NCBI GenBank assembly: GCA_032718475.1 | Contig: JAUCBJ010005374.1 | Location: 34,147-98,146, forward strand | Source: Nemertoderma westbladi | Taxonomy: Eukaryota; Animalia; Xenacoelomorpha | DNA: 64,000 bases | Direction of reading: 5' to 3' | Part shown: positions 39,244 to 51,315 of the stretch, one piece after another | Position numbering within the stretch: position 1 is the first letter of the stretch | How the letters are laid out: each line of letters starts with the position of its first letter | The notes under the pieces: model-generated | Told to the model about the DNA's origin: nothing | The model's input: the letters and a program-made list of their open reading frames with translations, nothing else | Databases searched by the model: none | Position numbers and translations under genes: made by a program

Positions 39244-40487
39244 TGTTCGCGCTTTCAGACCTTTAGCAGTTTAACCTGCCAATTTTAGGTGTCCTCTTGT
39301 TTATAAATCGACTTTAGCCTATAACAATTATTTAATGCACATCAAGTAACATTAGCCGAAGCCAGTCTATGCGCGATCATTCACCCACAGTTAAGGGAGA
39401 CTGGATTCGGATGCTTTGACCTTATTGCGTTGCAGACCTACTGTATTATTCGATTGATTGTTACTATATAATCTCTGACAATATTATTCACTTTCAGGGA
39501 AATATTAACAGTTCCTTTAGGACGTGGCGCTTTAAGTATAAAACAGAGTTATGATTTATACTAAACACAACGAGATGGCTACTGATTTTCGTAAATAGCG
39601 CATTCTTTAGGAGATGCTTTATTATCTGTCACACTGCTGCATACGATTTCACACTGCTGCACACTGATCTGCCGACCGTCACTGAATTTGATCATATATA
39701 AGGAGGATAGCAACTGACACATGTAGGGATTATGAAATAGCATTTAATGCACACTAAAACCACTGTAATGTAAGTCGCAATTGCTACCGGTAACCGGTCC
39801 CTCTAACCTTTAGTAATCAAGAAGATTGGGGGGTTTTATGATTATTTATCGATATTCTCCAAACATAACAACATATCCATCAACATATAACCATTAATAA
39901 CAGACAGTAAACAGAAGTAAAATAATGCGGTGATAGTCAGCCAGTTGACCAGTTTGTTGCACAGTTGCGCAGTGCAGGTGATCGGTTGACAAGTTGACAG
40001 GTGCAGTGTCGGTAGTACCGGTACCGCAGTTGGTAGGTGCAGCCAGGTGCAGAGATAATAGATTTACATTCTTGTAATCAAAGCCGTCTAATGTTGGCCA
40101 AAGTCTGAAACTTCTAAGACAGAAGTACAGAATAATTTCCAAGCAGTTGTTCTCGCTCAGAAAGGTAAACAAAGACAGTCATGCATTGCGCAGTTTTCCG
40201 TAGGCCTCTGTGCAAAATAAAATGAAAATCGCTCTGATTGGTCGAGCGAGCCGAACAAAGAAAGTTAAGAAAGCTCCACATCGACAGCAAATCAGCTGAC
40301 AGATTTCGTCATCTGAACTACACTCTATTTAGAGTATTTGGCGTATTGCGGCATAAAATGGCTTGTTATGTCCGCTAAAACACCTACAGGGTACATTGCG
40401 GAGAAAATGGCTTGTTATGTCCGCTAAAACAACTAAACAGTTCATTGCGGAGAAAAATGACTGGTTTTATCCGCAAAAGCTTTTACA
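39244..40487 (-). repeat. Element A 5' LTR (1244 bp)
   Basis: See the 3' LTR. Minus-strand CCAAT (about 40238), TATA-like (about 39697) and AATAAA (about 39620). Not followed by a TGG primer-binding site. Confidence 0.97.
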
Positions 40488-40529
40488 GTAACTGCGGCTT
40501 TACTGTATATGTTAGTACATTCCGGTGGA

Positions 40530-41552
40530 ATGGCTGGTGAACAGTCTGGCGAGACGTCTGGTGAAATGTCTGGTAACATGTCTGGTGAAACATCTCGTGA
40601 CATGTCTGGTGAAATATCTCGCGGAACATATCTGGCGAAATATACATTGGCATGTCTGGCAAAATGTCTATTTGACAGTCTGGTGAACTGTCTGGTGAAA
40701 CATCTCGTGACATGTCTGGTGAAATATCTCGCGGAACATATCCGGCGAAATATACAGTGGCATGTCTGGTAAAATGTCTATTTGACGGTCTGGTGAACTG
40801 TCTGGTGAAACATCTCGTGACATATCTGGTGAAATATCTTGCGGAACATCCGGCGAAATATAAAGTGGCATGTCTGGTAAAATGTCTATTTGACAGTCTG
40901 GTGAAATGTCTGGTGAAACATCTCGTGACATGTCGGGTGAAATATCTCGCGGAACATCCGGCGAAATATACAGTGGCATGTCTGGTAAAATGTCTATTTG
41001 ACAGTCTGGTGAACTGTCTGGTGAAACATCTCGTGACATGTCGGGTGAAATATCTCGCTTAACATCCGGCGAAATATACAGTGGCATGTCTGGTAAAATG
41101 TATATTTGACAGTCTGGCGAAATGTCTGGTGAAACATCTCGTGACATGTCTGGTGAAATATCTCGCAGAACATCCGGCGAAATATACAGTATCATGTCTG
41201 GTAAAATGTCTATTTGACAGTCTGGCGAACTGTCTGGTGAAACGTCTGGTAAACCGTCTGTCGAACTGTCTGGCTAGCCAGTCTGGTGAACTAGCTTTAT
41301 CTGGTTTGTCAGTACTAGGCCGCTCCCATAGGGTAACTGCGGTTTTACTGTATATGTTACTACATTCCGGTGGAATGTCTGGTGAATAGTCTGGTTTACA
41401 GTCTGGCGAACTATCTGGTGAACCGTCTGGCTGACATTCTGGTGAACTATCTCGCGGAACATCCGGCAAAATATAAAATGACATGTCTGGTAAAATGTCT
41501 GGTAATAAGCCTGGCGAATAGTCTGGTTGACACTCTGGTTGAATGTCTGGTG
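40530..41552 (-). repeat. 108/110-bp higher-order repeat built from 12-bp TGTCTGGTGAAA subunits, in the RNaseH-integrase linker of element B
   Basis: Units start at about 40599, 40709, 40819, 40927, 41035 and 41143. They encode DISPDMSRDVSPDSSPDCQIDILPDMPLYISPDVPR. Confidence 0.92.
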
Positions 41553-41970
41553 AAGAAAGGCTCGCAAATCTTCCGGTTTTAACATTAAGAGTTTTGACCT
41601 TCTTCGGAATTTTTGGTTTCTTCTTTATCTTTGACTTCGCCTTTGCCTTCGCTTTAGACTTTTTCTTTTTAGGTTTTTTGATCTCGGCGTCCTTTGGAAT
41701 AGTGTTGGACTTAGTATCGAATAACGGCGGCCAATGCTGGAACTCCGGTCCATGTTGCCAAAACTTCTTATTTTCCGGTTTACAGAATTTCTCAATTTTT
41801 CGGGCGATATCAGTTGGGTTTTGTAGTCCAGTACAATGACGCCAGTCTTCCTTTATCGAGCGGTCTAAGATTTCAGCACGACGATTAGCCACAAATGTTT
41901 TAAATTCAAGTGTGTCATTATTTATATAAAACAATACTAACGTGGCGTCGGTCCAATATATAACTTGCAA

Positions 41971-42859
41971 TGTAAAAGCTTTTGCGGATATAACCAGTCA
42001 TTTTTCTCCGCAATGAACTGTTTAGTTGTTTTAGCGGACATAACAAGCCATTTTCTCCGCAATGTACCCTGTAGGTGTTTTAGCGGACATAACAAGCCAT
42101 TTTATTCCGCAATACACCAAATACTCTAAATAGAGTGTAACTCCGCTGACGAAATCTGTCAGCTGATTTCCTGTCGACGTGGAACATCATCTCTTTGTTC
42201 AGCTCGCTCAGCTCAGCCAATCAGAGCGATTTTCATTTTATCTTGTACAGAAGCCTACGGAAGATCGCGCAATGCATTACGGTCTTTGTTTACCTTTTCC
42301 TGAGCCCCAGAACATCGGCTTTGGAATTATTCTAAGTTTCAGACTTTAGCCAAACATTAGACGGCTTTGATTATAGGAACGTATAACTGTTATCACGGTA
42401 CAGTCCAGTCAACTCAATGCATTACGTCCTACCCAACTTTCACCGCATTATTTTAATTATGTTTACTGTCGGTTATTAATTGTTATAAGTTGATGGATAT
42501 GTGGTTATATTTGGAGAATATCGATAAATAATCATAAAACCCCAATCTTCTTGATATACTGAAGGTAAGAGGGACCAGTTACCTGTAGCAACTGCGACTT
42601 ACATTATAGTGGTTTTGGAGTGAATTGAATGCTATAAGCATTATATAAGCATAATATAAGCATATATTGCTAATGCAATAAGGTCAGGGCATCCGAATCC
42701 AGTCTCCCTTAACTGTGGGTGAATGGTCGCGCATAGGCTGGCTTCGGCTAATGTAACTTTATGTGCACCAAATACTTGTGATAGGCTAAAGTCGATTTAT
42801 AAACTAAAAGACACCTAAAATTGGCAGGTTGAACTGCTAAAGGTCTAAAAGCGCGAACA
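41971..42859 (+). mobile_element. Solo LTR of family-A type, opposite orientation, with a ~310-bp internal deletion
   Basis: TGTAAAAGC...CGCGAACA. Flanks TGCAA / TGCCAA form a TSD with one change. Removing it restores the RNase H reading IQSRSMLQVIYWTDA. Confidence 0.92.
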
Positions 42860-43215
42860 TGCCAACATGCTTCGACTCTGAATAAGATTGACAATAGTGG
42901 TCGACAAAGTCGCCGCTTGTAACTCTGCTCGTGGTGTCGTCATGTACTTTGTAGGCATAGTTTTAGCCTTAGAAGTAATGAGCGATACATCGAACTCGTC
43001 TGAGTCTACCTGTCTACGTAAATATGCTGCTCGATTTCTAAGTGAATTTCACCACACCCCCACGCTCGGTTGCTTCAAAGAAGTTTACCAATTCAGCACT
43101 GTTTGAAGCAAACTTTGTGAGGTTAAAACATCCGCCTGCTAAACAGTCCCGTAATTGGTGTGATACTGTTATAGCACGCTCAACTGTGTCACAACTTTTC
43201 AATCCCTCGCCTACA

Positions 43216-45705
43216 TAGATAGATAGATAGATTTATTTATATATTATGCAAACAATAGAAACCAATACATTAACTCGATAAAATTATTTATTGTCATATA
43301 TGTACTAGATGACATCCTGAGTCTTTGTGTGGATTGTAATCGGTCCGAAGTTTTCCAGTCTCCCGCTAGAGGGCCACATGTCTAAACATTAAATGGCCAC
43401 CCATTTCTTTGCTTTTAATCCGTTTAAGCTGAAACTTGGGAAGTATGTACTAGACCATTAGCTGTAAATTTCAAAGGAGGCTAATCTGTCTGCAGTTCTC
43501 CAGTCTGCCGCTAGAGGGCGAAATGTCCCGAATGTGAAATTATTCTTCCATTTAGTTGTTTATGATCTGATTACGCTGAAACTTGTCATATATGTACTAG
43601 AAGACATCCTAAGTCTTTGTGTGGACAGTAATCGGTCCGGAGTTTTCGAGTCTGCCGCTAGAGGGCGAAATGTAGGAAAGTGATAACCTTTGCGAATTCC
43701 TTGATCTTAATCTATTTAAGCTGAATTTTGGAATATACAGTACCGGTATGTACTAGACCACATGCCTCGTCTTTGTGAGGAAGGTGATCGATCCGTAGTT
43801 CTTTAATATGCCGCTAGAGGGCTAAATGTATGAAAGTGAAAACCTTCCAACATTTCGTTATTTATGATCCGTCAATCGGAAACTTGGTAGATATGTAATA
43901 GACCATAGGATGTGGCTTTGTAGGGAAACTAATCCTTCCTTCTTCAGTTACCCAGTCTCCCGCTAGAGGGTTAACGTTTTCCGGGAAAATCTTCTCCTAT
44001 GTTTTTATAATCCTTTCGAGTTGATACTTAGCATTAACTCATTTCACGTGCTGCGCGAAGGCCCCACTTCGTGTATAGTAAGTATTGTCCAACATAACAT
44101 AAAGGATAACCCCTAAAGCTTTGCAGCTTATTTCCAAAGGGGTCCTTCAAGTTACTTGGTTACCAATACAAACTAAACTAACTACACTATATAGAATAAT
44201 TATATAATTTAAACTAAATAAGATACAAGAAATACAAAATTTATCATTATTACTAATTTTATTGCACATGCACCTATTTAATATTGAACTAAACTAATTA
44301 CTGCTATATAAGAATTTGCACTGGTCTTGGAGATGGGATTTTACTGCAGACTTAAAGGCATGTTCATTTTTAATATTTTTAATGTTACTCGGTAAGGAAT
44401 TCCAATTTTTTATTCCGTTAAAGAAAAAGGTTTCGCTTTCAAAGGATTTACAATTGGGAATATAGAAATTTGATGTGCTGGCTCTGGTGCCGTAGGAATG
44501 TGTATCACTCAGTTTGGTAAATTTTTGACTCAAGTATTTAGGGCAGTTATCATTAAAAACTTTATGTACATGGTTGAGCCGAAGCTGCTTTACTTATCTC
44601 TTTACTGCTTTGAATCCGATCTTTCACTTGCTTTACTGCTCTATTTGAATTAAACCAGACTGATTAAAATCTTCAGGGGTTAAATGGTGACGTGGTTTAT
44701 AATCATTAATAAAACGTACTACCTTGTTTTGAGCTGTTTGCAAACTATTTTTGAGATTTTTAGTTAAGCCTTCATACCAAGATGAACTTGCATAGTCAAT
44801 ATGACATTGAATTAAAGATGAAGAAAGCAACCTACGAGAATTAAAATTTAGGCTATTTTTATGTCGATAAAGAAACTTTAGTCTGCCATTAACTTTTGCG
44901 ATAATATTTTTAACAATGCTTTCTCCGGATAAACTACAATCCAATTTGGAGCCTAAATATTTAACTTCTTTTTTATTTTCAATTTTGTGGCCGTTGCTAA
45001 TTACTTCAAAGTTTCGTTACTTGTTTAATTTTCTTTTCGAGCCGAATAAAATATTTCCAGTTTTGCCGTAGTGAATTGAAAGCTTAATATCGATGAGCCA
45101 TTCGTTGCAGGATTCTAGAACTTTGCTTAGTTTTTCACAAATTATGTCCGGGTCCCTGTGAGAAAAGATTAATGCACTATCATCAGCGTATAATATTAGT
45201 TTAAAGTCCGGATCTATGCTACTAATCACATCATTTACGTAATATACAAACAGCAACGACCCTAAGATGCTACCCTGCGGTACTCCACACTTAATTTTCT
45301 GAACTGAGGACTGAGTTTTATATATATCTACAACTTTACCCCTATCTGATAAGTATGACCTGAACCAATTAATTGAGCCCACACCCAAAATATCTAATTT
45401 TCCTAGTAATATTTCGTGATCAACCGTGTCAAAGGCCTTCTGTAAATCTAACATGACCACACCGGTATACAATCCCTTCGCGTTGTTACACCTAATATTA
45501 TCCGTCAAATTGATTAGACAACTATCTGTGAGTAAGATTTACGGAAGCCAGATTGAAATTTGTATATTAAATTGAGTTTGTTAAGATGGAACTCTAGCTG
45601 AGTGTACACTGAACGTTAACGTCCAACTGTATTTATTTTTAGCAATTGGCAATTTTTGGACAAGATTCGAGGCTACATTAATGAAATAGTTATTGAATGA
45701 ATAAC
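43216..45705 (-). mobile_element. 5'-truncated L2/Crack-group LINE (RT, 3' UTR, (TCTA)n tail) interrupted by a tandem array
   Basis: FQSGFR, LDLQKAFDTVDH, GVPQGSILG, LYADD, KYLG (ORFs 45017-45508, 44633-44944, 44294-44533). 3' UTR stem-loop at about 44103-44146. AATAAA plus (TCTA)n at 43216-43240; linking this tail to the RT is inferred. Confidence 0.8.
43290..44080. repeat. ~150-bp satellite-like array (about 5 units), each carrying CCGCTAGAGGG; possibly a Helentron-type internal repeat
   Basis: TATGTACTAGA...CCGCTAGAGGG recurs, with the motif at about 43363, 43508, 43656, 43811 and 43960. Confidence 0.8.
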
Positions 45706-45719
45706 TTATAATCTTAGGC

Positions 45720-46276
45720 TCATGAATGAGCTCCCCGTTTTCCGTTTGAGGGGTTTACGATTATTTATCGGTATTCTCCAAATATAACATCCATTAATAT
45801 AAACAGCAATTAACACAATATAAAACAGCATTAAAACAGTGCGGTGAACGGTCAGTATGTGTTCATGAAGTTTTAGTACAGATGACAAGTGTATGACCGT
45901 GATTATTGAGGTGTGTCCAGTTTGTTAATAGATTTACGTCCTTATAACTCCAGCCATCAGATGTTCTTGGGCTAAAGTCTGAAACGTCCGTACTTAGTAC
46001 AGAATTCTGAGAGGAATCTAATTCTCAGAAAAACGATAACTGCGCATGCGCTAGTTTCCTCAGGTAGGTCTCTACTGGCATAACTGGAGAGATTGCTCTG
46101 ATTGGCCGAATAAGCTCAAACAAAGGGATCTCGACGTACACAAAGAATGAGCTGACAGATTTCGTCATCTTGGTTCTAATTTCTGTCCGACGCGTAGTTG
46201 AACAATTTTAGGGCTATTTTAGAGTATTCTGCGCATTGCGTAAAAATGACTTGTTATGTCCGCAAAAGCTTTTACA
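45720..46276 (-). mobile_element. Partial, diverged family-A-type LTR
   Basis: GATTATTTATCG.TATTCTCCAAATATAACA, GCTAAAGTCTGAAAC, GCTCTGATTGG, and the terminal GCAAAAGCTTTTACA. The U5 half is missing. Confidence 0.8.
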
Positions 46277-47327
46277 AGTAGGGTGGAAGTTTTACTTGTA
46301 ATTCTAGTTGATTCACTTATTACACCATGTCCCGTAATATAGCGTCATTTTCTGATGACACGGACCCCTCCCCCCAGACTTTTCTACAAATCTTTATTAT
46401 ATTGCTTGAAATTTGAAACACAACTAGTTCCACTCACCGTCGATGACCCCATGGAGCCGGAATTTTCGATTTTGCCTTTAAATTTTGTTTATAAGCGTTT
46501 TAAAAAAGTGCCTTTTGCGAAATCGCACCCTCAGTATCGTGGCCATTCTTCACTTTAGTCGTAACTTTTACATATCATTAAAAAGCTTGCGTTGCAAGGA
46601 TTCCAAATATGTAACAATATCTGAATTTCGTTGAGAAACAGCTGAGATATAGGCATTCAAATATTGCAAGAATTATCGTTCGCTGCAGGTCATTTATTCT
46701 ATTAAATAAATGCACAAAATTCTAAAATGTGTTATTTATTTTATAAGTAGCTATTCATATATATTTATGTTTTATTGACCATAATAATAAAATTATACAT
46801 GACACAACAATGTAATAAATCGGCACATTAATCAATTATGTTACAATCACATTTAATTACATTAAACTAAACCCAAAAACATTATTATTGTCCAATGGAC
46901 TAATTAACGTAACACAATAAATCACACAAACACAAACACAAACAAATCACACAAATATAATATACAAACAAAATACAGCACAATTCCGTCCGGGGCAATT
47001 CGGTTTCGGGTGGTTTCGGTACGGCCAATTCGATCCTATTAATTAATTAAATTATTTTCTGGGAACGATCCTTGCCGAGTCAGTATCCGGATAACTTAGT
47101 CGTGAGACATATATTTAGGGGACCGAATTGTACTGGTTCTGCCTGCGACGACATCAGACACAGCAAACAGTTGCACGTCTGATGACATCAGACGCAGATG
47201 TGACACATACGTGTCTGATAATGTTAGCGAATAAACATTCAGGAAATGCTTGAAGCATCTATCACAAGGTACCAATGTGATTATGGTCTGGTGCACAGGA
47301 TCAAAAGGAAGGGTAGCTAGACATTTC

Positions 47328-48335
47328 CAGTGGCGGTTCTAGGGGGGGGGGGGGGGGCAAGGGGGCATTTGCCCCTCCCCAGGTATCTTGGGGGGGGGGG
47401 CTTGCCCCCTCCCTAGCCGAAAGGTAATGTGGCAAATCCGTACCAGTGGGTACCGTACCGCCTTTTGCTCGAAAACAGACCTCTCTTGGAAAAGACTTAT
47501 ATTCTTCTTCAAAATTTAGTTACTACCATTTTTTCAAAGTTCTCAATTATAAAACACTCTGATATTTTTGTAAAATTCTGGAACTTCGGGAATTCGGGAA
47601 AAAATCGGGAAATTTTTTCAAAGTATAATAATTTTTTTTTCAATGTTTTTTTTGTTTATTTTTTTCATTTGGGGCTGCGACGAACTGTAGCTTGTTTCCG
47701 AAACGTCTTCTCCACGGTGCAGTGGCGTGCAGAAGGGGGGGGGGGGGCGGCCCCGGGTGCCACCTTCCAAGGGGCGCCAAAATTTGAGCAGCAGAGGCAT
47801 CATAGCCAGCTGATAGTATAATGGTGGTTCCAAGTTTAGCTTATTGATGCTAGAAATTTAGTCAATCCAACATACAAATAACATACATACAGTTTGGTTC
47901 TGTATTGGTTGCATAGCCTTTCAGCACTGTCCTGTCCACATCGCACATGTGAAGGTGTCACATGTGAACATGTCTCCTGCAATTGGTCCATGGTATGGTC
48001 ACTGGAAATATCTCCATTGGTAAGTTCAGTGGCTTTGTGGTTTAAGGCATGTGCAAGTAAATTTAAGCAGTAAATTTCTTAATATACTGTAATATAATTT
48101 TGCAATTAAAATTGTCTGAATTAAAAATCTCCATCCCGAAACCTAACTAACCAAAACAACAAACAATAAAATTGTTGTTGGGAATGTTTTTTTTAACGAT
48201 TTAAAGCTGGCGTTTATAAACGTGTCCAGATTGGACTCCACTGCTTGCGTGGAGCCATTTACAAGTCCGAAAAATTGACCTCAGCAAATTAAATATTTTG
48301 CCCCCCCACCAAGCAAAATCCTAGAACCGCCCCTG
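47328..48335. mobile_element. Non-autonomous hAT element (1008 bp)
   Basis: TIR CAGTGGCGGTTCTAGG / CCTAGAACCGCCCCTG (15/16 match). Perfect 8-bp TSD GACATTTC (47320-47327, 48336-48343). A second CAGTGGCG-type end lies inside at about 47720. Confidence 0.93.
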
Positions 48336-48759
48336 GACATTTCCTATCGCTATAATTATAGAAACATCTGTTGCATTGGTCATAGCACTGTTACAGCAAC
48401 TATTGCAATGTTGGTGTATTAAAGATATGCGAATTTACGGGTTGCCACATACATTCTTTATGTTCGTAAATATATTATTATTGCGACGTTAAGTTTTTCT
48501 CAGTGTCTGGGAATACATTTTAGTACTTCTTAAGAGTACCTACTGTATACAGCAACAGCAACAAGCGTTTTTTTCTCGAGTTATTGCAGAATGTACATTA
48601 TATACAATAATATATGTACTATTTATCAGACTGAGCATTAAATAGTAATAAAGCAGTAGTGTATAACAAATGTAAGAAAGCAATCTACCCAACTAACATT
48701 TTGAACCCGGGAGAGGGGCAATTGTGTAGGCAGCATACAGCTGAATATGCAGAGTATAT

Positions 48760-49470
48760 TTGGGTCAGCGAAGCGAGCGAGACCTTTCAAGTATCCATTC
48801 TGTTTGTTGTTGGTGTTGGTGTTGGTGTTGGTGTTGGTGTTGGTGTTGGTGTTGGTGTTGGTGTTGGTGTTGGTGTTGGTGTTGGTGTTGGTGTTGGTGT
48901 TGGTGTTGGTGTTGGTGTTGGTGTTGGTGTTGGTGTTGGTGTTGGTGTTGGTGTTGGTGTTGGTGTTGGTGTTGGTGTTGGTGTTGGTGTTGGTGTTGGT
49001 GTTGGTGTTGGTGTTGGTGTTGGTGTTGGTGTTGGTGTTGGTGTTGGTGTTGGTGTTGGTGTTGGTGTTGGTGTTGGTGTTGGTGTTGGTGTTGGTGTTG
49101 GTGTTGGTGTTGGTGTTGGTGTTGGTGGTGTTAGTGTTAGTGTTAGTGTTAGTGTTAGTGTTAGTGTTAGTGTTAGTGTTAGTGTTAGTGTTAGTGTTAG
49201 TGTTAGTGTTGGCGTTGGTGTTAGTGTTGTTGTTGATTTCCACTTTGCTTTTTCAGTTACTTGGTAATGTCATATATTACCAAGTACTTTTGATTGTTGT
49301 AGAGGGTTTGACCTGGAATTCAAAGGGTAGGGTTCAATGCCATATACAGATGTTATGGTTCTTCAAAGAAAATTTCCTTGAAATAATGATTCAAGTTGGT
49401 AGTAATCCAATCAAGGAGATAGTCATGCGTTAGTAGACGCGGACCTTTGAGCGACTTCTCTCTTATTTTA
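48760..49470. mobile_element. Probable non-autonomous Helentron (DINE-1/HINE-like) carrying a microsatellite
   Basis: AGCGAAGCGAG-type 5' motif, then a microsatellite, an 11-bp hairpin TACTTGGTAAT/ATTACCAAGTA (about 49258-49286), and a small terminal hairpin GCGT-TAGTAG-ACGC before a T-run. Boundaries are approximate. Confidence 0.45.
48808..49230. repeat. Compound hexanucleotide microsatellite (GTTGGT)n then (GTTAGT)n
   Basis: About 53 perfect GTTGGT units, then about 14 GTTAGT units. Confidence 0.98.
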
Positions 49471-51315
49471 ATTTATAGTTACAGTATTTTTTAAAGACTT
49501 CAAAATCTTGATAGCGATCAGCAAAGGTCATGTTTGGGCGCGGAAGTAGTTACCCTACTGTTTGTGAAAATTTAACATTACAAAAAGATTCATTTTGAAT
49601 AATCCACATTTAGTTAAAGCTCCCGCTAAAAAAAATTAAAAATCGAGAAAGATAAATAAAAATTTTAAAAATAAAAATATATTTATTTATTTATTTATCT
49701 AAAATATATTTAAAACATAGGAAATTTGATTTAAACATTTTGCTAAACATTAAAAGTTTCATAAAAAAAAAGCTAGCTGGACTATTCTAAGTAAGTTAAT
49801 AAATTTATATACAATAGGACTGCTACAGGTACGGGTGATGTGCTAGTCCAAAGTCTGTTTTCGCTACTTTGATGATCGTGTGAGAATCACACTTTCATTA
49901 AAGAAAATGTTAGCCGACAGATTGTGCTCCTACCACAGTGTTAGGATACTTTAAATTGTCAATAGTTAGTTTATTCAATAAGTAATTAGCAATAATTACA
50001 GCTACTTAACAGTAGGCCTATATTTGATATCTGTTTCACAGCACTACTCTTCTCGGTCAAACCAGAGTGAAGCTGTCTTAAATTATTGTGATATTATGTG
50101 AATAAGTGATATTGGAATACATACAAATAGTATCACTATACATTGGACACAGGGTAACTGTTTTTGTATCCCTTTCAAAATATTCATAACTTAATGAAAT
50201 TTATTTTCCATTGTCTGTTTTATATTTAATATATCACGCTCATCTCTCTTTTTCTTTTCATCTTCACTAAAAATATCTTCGGATTTTTTAAATTATTTTG
50301 GTAACAGATCCATTAGTTTTTCCTTTCTATATGTTTCCATATGACGAGATAGATTGTCTTGTCTCATTTCTTTATTACAAACCAAACAACTTTCATGTCT
50401 ATGCATTATATGGCAATGTCAATTCATTATCATTTTCAACTTCTCCTGGGATGGAGATTGTGAATTTCTTTAGTCTTCTTTACAAAGTCTATTCCAAGAA
50501 TTGCAATGGGCCATCGCTCAATGTTTCAATGTTTATTTTACCCTTCAAATAATAATTCAAAATAACAATAACTCAGTATAAAATAGAAATTAACATGAAT
50601 ACATACTATATATGGTAAGTTCTATATAAATGGGTACTGGACTGGAGAACAGCCAAATAGCAGGGCTAGTAAACGGTTGCTCACCAGGAGGATGGGATTT
50701 ATAAAATGTAAATATATGTAACATTTGATAGAATGGATGTAGTAAGTAGTAGTTTGAAGTAATAGTATACTGTAGGGTGTTGCAGATGCAGAATACGTGG
50801 GTAATCTGGCAAAACCCCTTAAGTCGATTTTTGGCCATTTTCAGGTTTTTCGTGATTCTGGTACCTTAGATTGATATCCACCTTCTGACAAAACCCCAGA
50901 AGTTAAAACAGCGTTAACAACGGAGAAAAACGCAAAATAAGATCCCGTCTAAATATCGCTTGATCTGTTAAAACCCCCTAAGTAGGAAAAAAACTCTGTT
51001 TGAGCACCTTCAATATGGGATTTAATTTCTGATAAAACCCCTTAAATTAGATATTAGGGGGTTTCTTATTAGTTAAATGTCAGAGTGACTTTTAATTATT
51101 CGTTCTGATAAAACCCCCAAAATGCCCGTTTGCCACAATATGATAATAATTGGCCTTGCATTAATTAATGGAGTGAGTTTTGAAGTAGGTCTACGGTATT
51201 AGTATTAAATGAATAGGTTGCCTACTTAACACCTAACATAATTTTTATATAGCTGAAAATTTGTAATGCTTATTTTAACCTTTGGCGAAAGTCTGGGGAG
51301 GGCGGTCCATTTACA

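Larger units (their letters stand above)
24441..40487 (-). mobile_element. Full-length BEL/Pao LTR retrotransposon (family A), 16,047 bp
   Basis: Two ~1.24-kb LTRs with TG...CA ends. TSD GTAAC (24436-24440, 40488-40492). Short purine tract GGGAGCGG before the 3' LTR. Domain order gag-PR-RT-RH-IN. Confidence 0.97.
22680..43215 (-). mobile_element. Old BEL/Pao element (family B) pol remnant, host to two family-A insertions
   Basis: RT piece YVGEGLKS..GCFNLTKFASNS (43100-43215). RNase H SKAK..PRAELQAA|VIYWTDA..FKTFVANRRAEI (41.8-43.0 kb). Integrase CITC, GIDCFGP, FTCMSSRAVH (23492-23737). C-terminal KFWEVWQNNYLP..GDHVLL (22775-23044). Confidence 0.85.

Noticed and set aside
40530-41552. CRISPR-like regular repeats (also 51600-52097 and 43290-44080)
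   Set aside because: These are head-to-tail tandem units with no unique spacers, no cas genes, and a eukaryotic TE context.
48638-49433. Long ORFs (poly-NT, poly-VG, poly-LV, poly-CW) and a telomere-like appearance
   Set aside because: The ORFs are by-products of a stop-free hexamer repeat. GTTGGT/GTTAGT is not TTAGGG or TTAGG.
50770-51130. Repeated AAAACCCC motifs (also AACTAA repeats at 20560-20700 and GTGGCAC repeats at 11800-12200)
   Set aside because: Probably subterminal repeats of decayed DNA transposons, but no paired TIRs or TSDs were found to support a call.
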